Origin: Tubulanus polymorphus
Taxonomy: Eukaryota > Animalia > Nemertea
Assembly: GCF_964204645.1 (NCBI RefSeq)
Contig: NC_134031.1
Location: forward strand, 21,360,017-21,424,016
Direction: 5' to 3'
Length of the DNA stretch: 64,000 nucleotides
Shown here: positions 12,601 through 27,800 of the stretch, one piece after another
Layout: every line of letters begins with the position of its first letter
Numbering within the stretch: position 1 is the stretch's first letter
Position numbers and translations under genes: made by a program
The notes under the pieces: model-generated
Seen by the model: only the letters and a program-made list of their open reading frames with translations
Told to the model about the DNA's origin: nothing
The model's database searches: none

Positions 12601-13900
12601 TAGATGGACTGAAAGATACAGATTTTTCTTGCAAAATAGGGTCCTAAAGATGATGAATTCTATCATAATTGATGGGTTAGGGTGTACTGAACTGATTTCA
12701 AATAGATAGGTTGAAAGATTAAGAACTTTCTGGCTGCTTTTGGTTCTGAAGATGATGGATTCAATCTGAAAAGATGTGTTAAGGCGTATTGAACTGATTT
12801 CAAATGGATAGGTGGAAAGATTAAGAATTTTCTGGCTATTTATGCTCCTGAAGATGATGGACTCGATCTGAAATGATAGGTTAAGGTAAACTGAACTGAT
12901 TTCGAGTAGATGGACTGAAAGATACAGATTTTTCTTGCAAAATAGGGTCCTAAAGATGATGAATTCTATCTTAATTGATGGGTTAGGGTGAACTGAACTG
13001 ATTTCAAATAGATAGGTGGAAAGAATCAGAATTTTCTGGCTGCCTTTGGTTCTGACGATGATGGACTCAATCTGAAAAGATGGGCAAAGGCGTATTGAAC
13101 TGATTTCAAATAGATAGGTGGAAAGATTAAGAATTTTCTGGCTATTTATGCTCCTGAAGATGATGGACTCGATCTGAAATGATAGGTTAAGGTAGACTGA
13201 ACTGATTTCGAGTATATGGACTGAAAGATACAGATTTTTCTTGCAAAAAAGGGTCCTAAAGATGATGAGTTCTATCTTAATTGATGGGTTAGGGTGTACT
13301 GAACTGATTTCAAATAGATAGGTGGAAAGATTAAGAATTTTCGGGCTATTTATGCTCCTGAAGATGATGGACTCGATCTGAAATGATAGGGTAAGGTAAA
13401 CTGAACTGATTTCGAATAGATGGACTGAAAGATACAGATTTTTCTTGCAAAATAGGGTCCTAAAGATGATGAATTCTATCTTAATTGATGGGTTAGGGTG
13501 TACTGAACTGATTTCAAATAGATAGGTTGAAAGAATCAGAATTTTCTGGCTGCTTTTGGTTCTGAAGATGATGGATTCAATCTGAAAAGATGTGTTAAGG
13601 CGTATTGAACTGATTTCAAATAGATAGGTGGAAAGATTAAGAATTTTCTGGCTATTTATGCTCCTGAAGATGATGGACTCGATCTGAAATGATAGGTTAA
13701 GGTAGACTGAACTGATTTCGAGTAGATGGACTGAAAGATACAGATTTTTCTTGCAAAATAGGGTCCTAAAGATGATGAGTTCTATCTTAATTGATGGGTT
13801 AGGGTGTACTGAACTGATTTCAAATAGATAGGTGGAAAGAATCAGAATTTTCTGGCTGCCTTTGGTTCTGAAGATGATGGACTCAATCTGAAAAGATGGG
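6700..13900. repeat. Tandem duplication, offset 3672 bp (36 monomers); boundaries approximate
   Basis: Rare variants pair at +3672: TGAATTGAT 7895/11567, TCTGACGAT 9379/13051, GAGTATATGG 9538/13210, GATAGGGTAAGG 9713/13385, GCCTTAGG stop 8761/12433. Confidence 0.85.
8761..12432 (-). other. Example of a long stop-free minus-strand frame through the repeat (34-aa period, IIFRTKSSQKILILSTYLFEISSVHPNPSIKIEL-like); not called as a gene
   Basis: Consensus A, B and C have no stop in this frame, and I saw no stop or indel between the TAA variants at 8761 and 12433. The consensus has no ATG, so ORF-track starts are sporadic SNPs. No recognisable domain. The confidence value is for it being protein-coding. 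Confidence 0.12.
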
Positions 13901-16900
13901 CTAAGGCGTATTGAACTGATTTCAAATAGATAGGTGGAAAGATTAAGAATTTTCTGGCTATTTATGCTCCTGAAGATGATGGACTCGATCTGAAATGATA
14001 GGTTAAGGTAGACTGAACTGATTTCGAGTAGATGGACTGAAAGATACAGATTTTTCTTGCAAAAAAGGGTCCTAAAGATGATGAGTTCTATCTTAATTGA
14101 TGGGTTAGGGTGTACTGAACTGATTTCAAATAGATAGGTGGAAAGATTAAGAATTTTCTGGCTATTTATGCTCCTGAAGATAATGGACTCGATCTGAAAT
14201 GATAGGTTAAGGTAAACTGAACTGATTTCGAGTAGATGGACTGAAAGATACAGATTTTTCTTGCAAAATAGGGTCCTAAAGATGATGAATTCTATCTTAA
14301 TTGATGGGTTAGGGTGTACTGAACTGATTTCAAATAGATAGGTTGAAAGAATCAGAATTTTATGGCTGCTTTTGGTTCTGAAGATGATGGATTCAATCTG
14401 AAAAGATGTGTTAAGGCGTATTGAACTGATTTCAAATAGATAGGTGGAAAGATTAAGAATTTTCTGGCTATTTATGCTCCTGAAGATGATGGACTCGATC
14501 TGAAATGATAGGTTAAGGTAGACTGAACTGATTTCGAGTAGATGGACTGAAAGATACAGATTTTTCTTGCAAAATAGGGTCCTAAAGATGATGAGTTCTA
14601 TCTTAATTGATGGGTTAGGGTGTACTGAACTGATTTCAAATAGATAGGTTGAAAGAATCAGAATTTTCTGGCTGCTTTTGGTTCTGAAGATGATGGACTC
14701 AATCTGAAAAGATGGGTTAAGGCGTATTGAACTGATGTCAAATAGATAGGTGGAAAGATTAAGAATTTTCTGGCTATTTATGCTCCTGAAGATGATGGAC
14801 TCGATCTGAAATGATAGGTTAAGGTAGACTGAACTGATTTCGAGTAGATGGACTGAAAGATACAGATTTTTCTTGCAAAATAGGGTCCTAAAGATGATAA
14901 ATTCTATCTTAATTGATGGGTTAGGGTGAACTGAACTGATTTCAAATAGATGGGTGGAAAGAATCAGACTTTTCTGGCTGCCTTTGGTTCTAAAGATGAT
15001 GGACTCAATCTGAAAAGATGGGCAAAGGCGTATTGAACTGATTTCAAAGAGATAGGTGGAAAGATTAAGAATTTTGTGGCTATTTATGCTCCTGAAGATG
15101 ATGGACTCGATCTGAAATGATAGGTTAAGGTAAACTGAACTGATTTCGAGCAGATGGACTGAAAGATACAGATTTTTCTTGCAAAATAGGGTCCTAAAGA
15201 TGATGAGTTCTATCTTAATTGATGGGTTAGGGTGTACTGAACTGATTTCAAATAGATAGGTGGAAAGATTAAGAATTTTCTGGTTATTTATGCTCCTGAA
15301 GATGATGGACTCGATCTGAAATGATAGGTTAAGGTAAACTGAACTGATTTCGAGTAGATGGACTGAAAGATACAGATTTTTCTTGCAAAATAGGGTCCTA
15401 AAGATGATGAGTTCAATCTTAATTGATGGGTTAGGGTGTACTGAACTGATTTCAAATAGATAGGTGGAAAGATTAAGAATTTTCTGGTTATTTATGCTCC
15501 TGAAGATGATGGACTCGATCTGAAATGATAGGTTAAGGTAAACTGAACTGATTTCGAGTAGATGGACTGAAAGATACAGATTTTTCTTGCAAAATAGGGT
15601 CCTAAAGATGATGAATTCTATCTTAATTGATGGGTAAGGGTGTACTGAACTGATTTCAAATAGATAGGTTGAAAGAATCAGAATTTTCTTGCTGCCTTAG
15701 GTTCTGAAGATGATGGACTCAATCTGAAAAGATGGGTTAAGGCGTATTGAACTGATTTCAAATGGATAGGTGGAAAGATTAAGAATTTTCTGGCTATTTA
15801 TGCTCCTGAAGATGATGGACTCGATCTGAAATGATAGGTTAAGGTAAACTGAACTGATTTCGAGTAGATGGACTGAAAGATACAGATTTTTCTTGCAAAA
15901 TAGGGTCCTAAAGATGATGAATTCTATCATAATTGATGGGTTAGGGTGTACTGAACTGATTTCAAATAGATAGGTTGAAAGATTAAGAACTTTCTGGCTG
16001 CTTTTGGTTCTGAAGATGATGGATTCAATCTGAAAAGATGGGTTAAGGCGTATTGAACTGATTTCAAATGGATAGGTGGAAAGATTAAGAATTTTCTGGC
16101 TATTTATGCTCCTGAAGATGATGGACTCGATCTGAAATGATAGGTTAAGGTAAACTGAACTGATTTCGAGCAGATGGACTGAAAGATACAGATTTTTCTT
16201 GCAAAATAGGGTCCTAAAGATGATGAGTTCTATCTTAATTGATGGGTTAGGGTGTACTGAACGGATTTCAAATAGATAGGTTGAAAGAATCAGAATTTTC
16301 TGGCTGCTTTTGGTTCTGAAGATGATGGATTCAATCTGAAAAGATGTGTTAAGGCGTATTGAACTGATTTCAAATAGATAGGTGGAAAGATTAAGAATTT
16401 TCTGGCTATTTATGCTCCTGAAGATGATGGACTCGATCTGAAATGATAGGTTAAGGTAGACTGAACTGATTTCGAGTAGATGGACTGAAAGATACAGATT
16501 TTTCTTGCAAAATAGGGTCCTAAAGATGATGAGTTCTATCTTAATTGATGGGTTAGGGTGTACTGAACTGATTTCAAATAGATAGGTGGAAAGAATCAGA
16601 ATTTTCTGGCTGCCTTTGGTTCTGAAGATGATGGACTCAATCTGAAAAGATGGGCTAAGGCGTATTGAACTGATTTCAAATAGATAGGTGGAAAGATTAA
16701 GAATTTTCTGGCTATTTATGCTCCTGAAGATGATGGACTCGATCTGAAATGATAGGTTAAGGTAGACTGAACTGATTTCGAGTAGATGGACTGAAAGATA
16801 CAGATTTTTCTTGCAAAAAAGGGTCCTAAAGATGATGAGTTCTATCTTAATTGATGGGTTAGGGTGTACTGAACTGATTTCAAATAGATAGGTGGAAAGA

Positions 16901-19900
16901 TTAAGAATTTTCGGGCTATTTATGCTCCTGAAGATGATGGACTCGATCTGAAATGATAGGTTAAGGTAAACTGAACTGATTTCGAGTAGATGGACTGAAA
17001 GATACAGATTTTTCTTGCAAAATAGGGTCCTAAAGATGATGAATTCTATCTTAATTGATGGGTTAGGGTGTACTGAACTGATTTCAAATAGATAGGTTGA
17101 AAGAATCAGAATTTTATGGCTGCTTTTGGTTCTGAAGATGATGGATTCAATCTGAAAAGATGTGTTAAGGCGTATTGAACTGATTTCAAATAGATAGGTG
17201 GAAAGATTAAGAATTTTCTGGCTATTTATGCTCCTGAAGATGATGGACTCGATCTGAAATGATAGGTTAAGGTAGACTGAACTGATTTCGAGTAGATGGA
17301 CTGAAAGATACAGATTTTTCTTGCAAAATAGGGTCCTAAAGATGATGAATTCTATCTTAATTGATGGGTTAGGGTGAACTGAACTGATTTCAAATAGATG
17401 GGTGGAAAGAATCAGAATTTTCTGGCTGCCTTTGGTTCTAAAGATGATGGACTCAATCTGAAAAGATGGGCTAAGGCGTATTGAACTGATTTCAAAGAGA
17501 TAGGTTGAAAGATTAAGAATTTTCTGGGTATTTATGCTCCTGAAGATGATGGACTCGATCTGAAATGATAGGTTAAGGTAAACTGAACTGATTTCGAGCA
17601 GATGGACTGAAAGATACAGATTTTTCTTGCAAAATAGGGTCCTAAAGATGATGAGTTCTATCTTAATTGATGGGTTAGGGTGTACTGAACTGATTTCAAA
17701 TAGATAGGTTGAAAGAATCAGAATTTTCTTGCTGCCTTAGGTTCTGAAGATGATGGACTCAATCTGAAAAGATGGGTTAAGGCGTATTGAACTGATTTCA
17801 AATAGATAGGTGGAAAGATTAAGAATTTTCTGGCTATTTATGCTCCTGAAGATGATGGACTCGATCTGAAATGATAGGTTAAGGTAAACTGAACTGATTT
17901 CGAGTAGATGGACTGAAAGATACAGATTTTTCTTGCAAAATAGGGTCCTAAAGATGATGAATTCTATCATAATTGATGGGTTAGGGTGTACTGAACTGAT
18001 TTCAAATAGATAGGTTGAAAGATTGAGAACTTTCTGGCTGCTTTTGGTTCTGAAGATGATGGATTCAATCTGAAAAGATGGGTTAAGGCGTATTGAACTG
18101 ATTTCAAATGGATAGGTGGAAAGATTAAGAATTTTCTGGCTATTTATGCTCCTGAAGATGATGGACTCGATCTGAAATGATAGGTTAAGGTAAACTGAAC
18201 TGATTTCGAGTAGATGGACTGAAAGATACAGATTTTTCTTGCAAAATAGGGTCCTAAAGATGATGAATTCTATCTTAATTGATGGGTTAGGGTGAACTGA
18301 ACTGATTTCAAATAGATAGGTGGAAAGAATCAGAATTTTCTGGCTGCCTTTGGTTCTGACGATGATGGACTCAATCTGAAAAGATGGGCAAAGGCGTATT
18401 GAACTGATTTCAAATAGATAGGTGGAAAGATTAAGAATTTTCTGGTTATTTATGCTCCTGAAGATGATGGACTCGATCTGAAATGATAGGTTAAGGTAGA
18501 CTGAACTGATTTCGAGTAGATGGACTGAAAGATACAGATTTTTCTTGCAAAAAAGGGTCCTAAAGATGATGAGTTCTATCTTAATTGATGGGTTAGGGTG
18601 TACTGAACTGATTTCAAATAGATAGGTGGAAAGATTAAGAATTTTCGGGCTATTTATGCTCCTGAAGATGATGGACTCGATCTGAAATGATAGGTTAAGG
18701 TAAACTGAACTGATTTCGAATAGATGGACTGAAAGATACAGATTTTTCTTGCAAAATAGGGTCCTAAAGATGATGAATTCTATCTTAATTGATGGGTTAG
18801 GGTGTACTGAACTGATTTCAAATAGATAGGTTGAAAGAATCAGAATTTTCTGGCTGCTTTTGGTTCTGAAGATGATGGATTCAATCTGAAAAGATGTGTT
18901 AAGGCGTATTGAACTGATTTCAAATAGATAGGTGGAAAGATTAAGAATTTTCTGGCTATTTATGCTCCTGAAGATGATGGACTCGATCTGAAATGATAGG
19001 TTAAGGTAGACTGAACTGATTTCGAGTAGATGGACTGAAAGATACAGATTTTTCTTGCAAAATAGGGTCCTAAAGATGATGAGTTCTATCTTAATTGATG
19101 GGTTAGGGTGTACTGAACTGATTTCAAATAGATAGGTGGAAAGAATCAGAATTTTCTGGCTGCCTTTGGTTCTGAAGATGATGGACTCAATCTGAAAAGA
19201 TGGGCTAAGGCGTATTGAACTGATTTCAAATAGATAGGTGGAAAGATTAAGAATTTTCTGGCTATTTATGCTCCTGAAGATGATGGACTCGATCTGAAAT
19301 GATAGGTTAAGGTAGACTGAACTGATTTCGAGTAGATGGACTGAAAGATACAGATTTTTCTTGCAAAAAAGGGTCCTAAAGATGATGAGTTCTATCTTAA
19401 TTGATGGGTTAGGGTGTACTGAACTGATTTCAAATAGATAGGTGGAAAGATTAAGAATTTTCTGGCTATTTATGCTCCTGAAGATAATGGACTCGATCTG
19501 AAATGATAGGTTAAGGTAAACTGAACTGATTTCGAGTAGATGGACTGAAAGATACAGATTTTTCTTGCAAAATAGGGTCCTAAAGATGATGAATTCTATC
19601 TTAATTGATGGGTTAGGGTGTACTGAACTGATTTCAAATAGATAGGTTGAAAGAATCAGAATTTTATGGCTGCTTTTGGTTCTGAAGATGATGGATTCAA
19701 TCTGAAAAGATGTGTTAAGGCGTATTGAACTGATTTCAAATAGATAGGTGGAAAGATTAAGAATTTTCTGGCTATTTATGCTCCTGAAGATGATGGACTC
19801 GATCTGAAATGATAGGTTAAGGTAGACTGAACTGATTTCGAGTAGATGGACTGAAAGATACAGATTTTTCTTGCAAAATAGGGTCCTAAAGATGATGAGT

Positions 19901-21500
19901 TCTATCTTAATTGATGGGTTAGGGTGTACTGAACTGATTTCAAATAGATAGGTTGAAAGAATCAGAATTTTCTGGCTGCTTTTGGTTCTGAAAATGATGG
20001 ACTCAATCTGAAAAGATGGGTTAAGGCGTATTGAACTGATGTCAAATAGATAGGTGGAAAGATTAAGAATTTTCTGGCTATTTATGCTCCTGAAGATGAT
20101 GGACTCGATCTGAAATGATAGGTTAAGGTAGACTGAACTGATTTCGAGTAGATGGACTGAAAGATACAGATTTTTCTTGCAAAATAGGGTCCTAAAGATG
20201 ATGAATTCTATCTTAATTGATGGGTTAGGGTGAATTGAACTGATTTCAAATAGATGGGTGGAAAGAATCAGAATTTTCTGGCTGCCTTTGGTTCTAAAGA
20301 TGATGGACTCAATCTGAAAAGATGGGCAAAGGCGTATTGAACTGATTTCAAAGAGATAGGTGGAAAGATTAAGAATTTTGTGGCTATTTATGCTCCTGAA
20401 GATGATGGACTCGATCTGAAATGATAGGTTAAGGTAAACTGAACTGATTTCGAGCAGATGGACTGAAAGATACAGATTTTTCTTGCAAAATAGGGTCCTA
20501 AAGATGATGAGTTCTATCTTAATTGATGGGTTAGGGTGTACTGAACTGATTTCAAATAGATAGGTGGAAAGATTAAGAATTTTCTGGTTATTTATGCTCC
20601 TGAAGATGATGGACTCGATCTGAAATGATAGGTTAAGGTAAACTGAACTGATTTCGAGTAGATGGACTGAAAGATACAGATTTTTCTTGCAAAATAGGGT
20701 CCTAAAGATGATGAGTTCAATCTTAATTGATGGGTTAGGGTGTACCGAACTGATTTCAAATAGATAGGTGGAAAGATTAAGAATTTTCTGGTTATTTATG
20801 CTCCTGAAGATGATGGACTCGATCTGAAATGATAGGTTAAGGTAAACTGAACTGATTTCGAGTAGATGGACTGAAAGATACAGATTTTTCTTGCAAAATA
20901 GGGTCCTAAAGATGATGAATTCTATCTTAATTGATGGGTAAGGGTGTACTGAACTGATTTCAACTAGATAGGTTGAAAGAATCAGAATTTTCTTGCTGCC
21001 TTAGGTTCTGAAGATGATGGACTCAATCTGAAAAGATGGGTTAAGGCGTATTGAACTGATTTCAAATAGATAGGTGGAAAGATTAAGAATTTTCTGGCTA
21101 TTTATGCTCCTGAAGATGATGGACTCGATCTGAAATGATAGGTTAAGGTAAACTGAACTGATTTCGAGTAGATGGACTGAAAGATACAGATTTTTCTTGC
21201 AAAATAGGGTCCTAAAGATGATGAATTCTATCATAATTGATGGGTTAGGGTGTACTGAACTGATTTCGAATAGATAGGTTGAAAGATTAAGAACTTTCTG
21301 GCTGCTTTTGGTTCTGAAGATGATGGATTCAATCTGAAAAGATGGGTTAAGGCGTATTGAACTGATTTCAAATGGATAGGTGGAAAGATTAAGAATTTTC
21401 TGGCTATTTATGCTCCTGAAGATGATGGACTCGATCTGAAATGATAGGTTAAGGTAAACTGAACTGATTTCGAGTAGATGGACTGAAAGATACAGATTTT
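12400..21500. repeat. Duplicated block, offset 5304 bp (52 monomers); boundaries approximate
   Basis: TCTGACGAT 13051/18355, GGGTAAGGG 15632/20936, 77-aa ORF markers 12433/17737 and 15697/21001. Confidence 0.8.
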
Positions 21501-21899
21501 TCTTGCAAAATAGGGTCCTAAAGATGATGAATTCTATCTTAATTGATGGGTTAGGGTGAACTGAACTGATTTCAAATAGATAGGTGGAAAGAATCAGAAT
21601 TTTCTGGCTGCCTTTGGTTCTGAAGATGATGGACTCAATCTGAAAAGATGGGCAAAGGCGTATTGAACTGATTTCAAATAGATAGGTGGAAAGATTAAGA
21701 ATTTTCTGGCTATTTATGCTACTGAAGATGATGGACTCGATCTGAAATGATAGGTTAAGGTAGACTGAACTGATTTCGAGTAGATGGACTGAAAGATACA
21801 GATTTTTCTTGCAAAATAGGGTCCTAAAGATGATGAGTTCTATCTTAATTGATGGGTTAGGGTGTACTGAACTGATTTCAAATAGATAGGTTGAAAGAA

Positions 21900-24800
21900 T
21901 CAGAATTTTCTGGCTGCTTTTGGTTCTGAAGATGATGGATTCAATCTGAAAAGATGGGTTAAGGCGTATTGAACTGATTTCAAATGGATAGGTGGAAAGA
22001 TTAAGAATTTTCTGGCTATTTATGCTCCTGAAGATGATGGACTCGATCTGGAATGATAGGTTAAGGTAAACTGAACTGATTTCGAGTAGATGGACTGAAA
22101 GATACAGATTTTTCTTGCAAAATAGGGTCCTAAAGATGATGAGTTCAATCTTAATTGATGGGTTAGGGTGTACTGAACTGATTTCAAATAGATAGGTGGA
22201 AAGATTAAGAATTTTCTGGTTATTTATGCTCCTGAAGATGATGGACTCGATCTGAAATGATAGGTTAAGGTAAACTGAACTGATTTCGAATAGATGGACT
22301 GAAAGATACAGATTTTTCTTGCAAAATAGGGTCCTAAAGATGATGAGTTCTATCTTAATTGATGGGTTAGGGTGTACTGAACTGATTTCAAATAGATAGG
22401 TGGAAAGATTAAGAATTTTCGGGCTATTTATGCTCCTGAAGATGATGGACTCGATCTGAAATGATAGGTTAAGGTAAACTGAACTGATTTCGAATAGATG
22501 GACTGAAAGATACAGATTTTTCTTGCAAAATAGGGTCCTAAAGATGATGAATTCTATCTTAATTGATGGGTTAGGGTGTACTGAACTGATTTCAAATAGA
22601 TAGGTTGAAAGAATCAGAATTTTCTGGCTGCTTTTGGTTCTGAAGATGATGGATTCAATCTGAAAAGATGTGTTAAGGCGTATTGAACTGATTTCAAATA
22701 GATAGGTGGAAAGATTAAGAATTTTCTGGCTATTTATGCTCCTGAAGATGATGGACTCGATCTGAAATGATAGGTTAAGGTAGACTGAACTGATTTCGAG
22801 TAGATGGACTGAAAGATACAGATTTTTCTTGCAAAATAGGGTCCTAAAGATGATGAGTTCTATCTTAATTGATGGGTTAGGGTGTACTGAACTGATTTCA
22901 AATAGATAGGTGGAAAGAATCAGAATTTTCTGGCTGCCTTTGGTTCTGAAGATGATGGACTCAATCTGAAAAGATGGGCTAAGGCGTATTGAACTGATTT
23001 CAAATAGATAGGTGGAAAGATTAAGAATTTTCTGGCTATTTATGCTCCTGAAGATGATGGACTCGATCTGAAATGATAGGTTAAGGTAGACTGAACTGAT
23101 TTCGAGTAGATGGACTGAAAGATACAGATTTTTCTTGCAAAAAAGGGTCCTAAAGATGATGAGTTCTATCTTAATTGATGGGTTAGGGTGTACTGAACTG
23201 ATTTCAAATAGATAGGTGGAAAGATTAAGAATTTTCTGGCTATTTATGCTCCTGAAGATAATGGACTCGATCTGAAATGATAGGTTAAGGTAAACTGAAC
23301 TGATTTCGAGTAGATGGACTGTAAGATACAGATTTTTCTTGCAAAATAGGGTCCTAAAGATGATGAATTCTATCTTAATTGATGGGTTAGGGTGTACTGA
23401 ACTGATTTCAAATAGATAGGTTGAAAGAATCAGAATTTTCTGGCTGCTTTTGGTTCTGAAGATGATGGATTCAATCTGAAAAGATGTGTTAAGGCGTATT
23501 GAACTGATTTCAAATAGATAGGTGGAAAGATTAAGAATTTTCTGGCTATTTATGCTCCTGAAGATGATGGACTCGATCTGAAATGATAGGTTAAGGTAGA
23601 CTGAACTGATTTCGAGTAGATGGACTGAAAGATACAGATTTTTCTTGCAAAATAGGGTCCTAAAGATGATGAGTTCTATCTTAATTGATGGGTTAGGGTG
23701 TACTGAACTGATTTCAAATAGATAGGTTGAAAGAATCAGAATTTTCTGGCTGCTTTTGGTTCTGAAGATGATGGACTCAATCTGAAAAGATGGGTTAAGG
23801 CGTATTGAACTGATGTCAAATAGATAGGTGGAAAGATTAAGAATTTTCTGGCTATTTATGCTCCTGAAGATGATGGACTCGATCTGAAATGATAGGTTAA
23901 GGTAGACTGAACTGATTTCGAGTAGATGGACTGAAAGATACAGATTTTTCTTGCAAAATAGGGTCCTAAAGATGATGAATTCTATCTTAATTGATGGGTT
24001 AGGGTGAACTGAACTGATTTCAAATAGATGGGTGGAAAGAATCAGAATTTTCTGGCTGCCTTTGGTTCTAAAGATGATGGACTCAATCTGAAAAGATGGG
24101 CAAAGGCGTATTGAACTGATTTCAAAGAGATAGGTGGAAAGATTAAGAATTTTGTGGCTATTTATGCTCCTGAAGATGATGGACTCGATCTGAAATGATA
24201 GGTTAAGGTAAACTGAACTGATTTCGAGCAGATGGACTGAAAGATACAGATTTTTCTTGCAAAATAGGGTCCTAAAGATGATGAGTTCTATCTTAATTGA
24301 TGGGTTAGGGTGTACTGAACTGATTTCAAATAGATAGGTGGAAAGATTAAGAATTTTCTGGTTATTTATGCTCCTGAAGATGATGGACTCGATCTGAAAT
24401 GATAGGTTAAGGTAAACTGAACTGATTTCGAGTAGATGGACTGAAAGATACAGATTTTTCTTGCAAAATAGGGTCCTAAAGATGATGAGTTCAATCTTAA
24501 TTGATGGGTTAGGGTGTACTGAACTGATTTCAAATAGATAGGTGGAAAGATTAAGAATTTTCTGGTTATTTATGCTCCTGAAGATGATGGACTCGATCTG
24601 AAATGATAGGTTAAGGTAAACTGAACTGATTTCGAATAGATGGACTGAAAGATACAGATTTTTCTTGCAAAATAGGGTCCTAAAGATGATGAATTCTATC
24701 TTAATTGATGGGTTAGGGTGAACTGAACTGATTTCAAATAGATAGGTTGAAAGAATCAGAATTTTCTTGCTGCCTTAGGTTCTGAAGATGATGGACTCAA

Positions 24801-27800
24801 TCTGAAAAGATGGGTTAAGGCGTATTGAACTGATTTCAAATAGATAGGTGGAAAGATTAAGAATTTTCTGGCTATTTATGCTCCTGAAGATGATGGACTC
24901 GATCTGAAATGATAGGTTAAGGTAAACTGAACTGATTTCGAGTAGATGGACTGAAAGATACAGATTTTTCTTGCAAAATAGGGTCCTAAAGATGATGAAT
25001 TCTATCATAATTGATGGGTTAGGGTGTACTGAACTGATTTCAAATAGATAGGTTGAAAGATTAAGAACTTTCTGGCTGCTTTTGGTTCTGAAGATGATGG
25101 ATTCAATCTGAAAAGATGGGTTAAGGCGTATTGAACTGATTTCAAATGGATAGGTGGAAAGATTAAGAATTTTCTGGCTATTTATGCTCCTGAAGATGAT
25201 GGACTCGATCTGAAATGATAGGTTAAGGTAAACTGAACTGATTTCGAGTAGATGGACTGAAAGATACAGATTTTTCTTGCAAAATAGGGTCCTAAAGATG
25301 ATGAATTCTATCTTAATTGATGGGTTAGGGTGAACTGAACTGATTTCAAATAGATAGGTGGAAAGAATCAGAATTTTCTGGCTGCCTTTGGTTCTGAAGA
25401 TGATGGACTCAATCTGAAAAGATGGGCAAAGGCGTATTGAACTGATTTCAAATAGATAGGTGGAAAGATTAAGAATTTTCTGGCTATTTATGCTACTGAA
25501 GATGATGGACTCGATCTGAAATGATAGGTTAAGGTAGACTGAACTGATTTCGAGTAGATGGACTGAAAGATACAGATTTTTCTTGCAAAAAAAGGTCCTA
25601 AAGATGATGAGTTCTATCTTAATTGATGGGTTAGGGTGTACTGAACTGATTTCAAATAGATAGGTGGAAAGATTAAGAATTTTCGGGCTATTTATGCTCC
25701 TGAAGATGATGGACTCGATCTGAAATGATAGGTTAAGGTAAACTGAACTGATTTCGAATAGATGGACTGAAAGATACAGATTTTTCTTGCAAAATAGGGT
25801 CCTAAAGATGATGAATTCTATCTTAATTGATGGGTTAGGGTGTACTGAACTGATTTCAAATAGATAGGTTGAAAGAATCAGAATTTTCTGGCTGCTTTTG
25901 GTTCTGAAGATGATGGATTCAATCTGAAAAGATGGGTTAAGGCGTATTGAACTGATTTCAAATGGATAGGTGGAAAGATTAAGAATTTTCTGGCTATTTA
26001 TGCTCCTGAAGATGATGGACTCGATCTGAAATGATAGGTTAAGGTAAACTGAACTGATTTCGAGTAGATGGACTGAAAGATACAGATTTTTCTTGCAAAA
26101 TAGGGTCCTAAAGATGATGAGTTCTATCTTAATTGATGGGTTAGGGTGTACTGAACTGATTTCAAATAGATAGGTTGAAAGAATCAGAATTTTCTGGCTG
26201 CTTTTGGTTCTGAAGATGATGGATTCAATCTGAAAAGATGGGTTAAGGCGTATTGAACTGATGTCAAATAGATAGGTGGAAAGATTAAGAATTTTCTGGC
26301 TATTTATGCTCCTGAAGATGATGGACTCGATCTGAAATGATAGGTTAAGGTAGACTGAACTGATTTCGAGTAGATGGACTGAAAGATTCAGATTTTTCTT
26401 GCAAAATAGGGTCCTAAAGATGATGAATTCTATCTTAATTGATGGGTTAGGGTGAACTGAACTGATTTCAAATAGATGGGTGGAAAGAATCAGAATTTTC
26501 TGGCTGCCTTTGGTTCTGAAGATGATGGACTCAATCTGAAAAGATGGGCTGAGGCGTATTGAACTGATTTCAAATAGATAGGTGGAAAGATTAAGAATTT
26601 TCTGGCTATTTATGCTCCTGAAGATGATGGACTCGATCTGAAATGATAGGTTAAGGTAAACTGAACTGATTTCGAGTAGATGGACTGAAAGATACAGATT
26701 TTTCTTGCAAAATAGGGTCCTAAAGATGATGAATTCTATCTTAATTGATGGGTTAGGTTGTACTGAACTGATTTCAAATAGATAGGTTAAAAGAATCAGA
26801 ATTTTCTGGCTGCTTTTGGTTCTGAAGATGATGGATTCAATCTGAAAAGATGTGTTAAGGCGTATTGAACTGATTTAAAATAGATAGGTGGAAAGATTAA
26901 GAATTTTCTGGCTATTTATGCTCCTGAAGATGATGGACTCGATCTGAAAAGATGGGCTAAGGCGTATTGAACTGATTTCAAATAGATAGGTTGAAAGAAT
27001 CAGAATTTTCTGGCTGCCTTTGGTTCTGAAGATGATGGACTCAATCTGAAAAGATGGGCTAAGGCGTATTGAACTGATTTCAAATAGATAGGTTGAAAGA
27101 ATCAGAATTTTCTGGCTGCTTTTGGTTCTGAAGATGATGGATTCAATCTGAAAAGATGGGTTAAGGCGTATTGAACTGATTTCAAATGGATAGGTGGAAA
27201 GATTAAGAATTTTCTGGCTATTTATGCTCCTGAAGATGATGGACTCGATCTGGAATGATAGGTTAAGGTAAACTGAACTGATTTCGAGTAGATGGACTGA
27301 AAGATACAGATTTTTCTTGCAAAATAGGGTCCTAAAGATGATGAGTTCAATCTTAATTGATAGGTTAGGGTGTACTGAACTGATTTCAAATAGATAGGTG
27401 GAAAGATTAAGAATTTTCTGGTTATTTATGCTCCTGAAGATGATGGACTCGATCTGAAATGATAGGTTAAGGTAAACTGAACTGATTTCGAATAGATGGA
27501 CTGAAAGATACAGATTTTTCTTGCAAAATAGGGTCCTAAAGATGATGAGTTCTATCTTAATTGATGGGTTAGGGTGTACTGAACTGATTTCAAATAGATA
27601 GGTGGAAAGATTAAGAATTTTCGGGCTATTTATGCTCCTGAAGATGATGGACTCGATCTGAAATGATAGGTTAAGGTAAACTGAACTGATTTCGAATAGA
27701 TGGACTGAAAGATACAGATTTTTCTTGCAAAATAGGGTCCTAAAGATGATGAATTCTATCTTAATTGATGGGTTAGGGTGTACTGAACTGATTTCAAATA

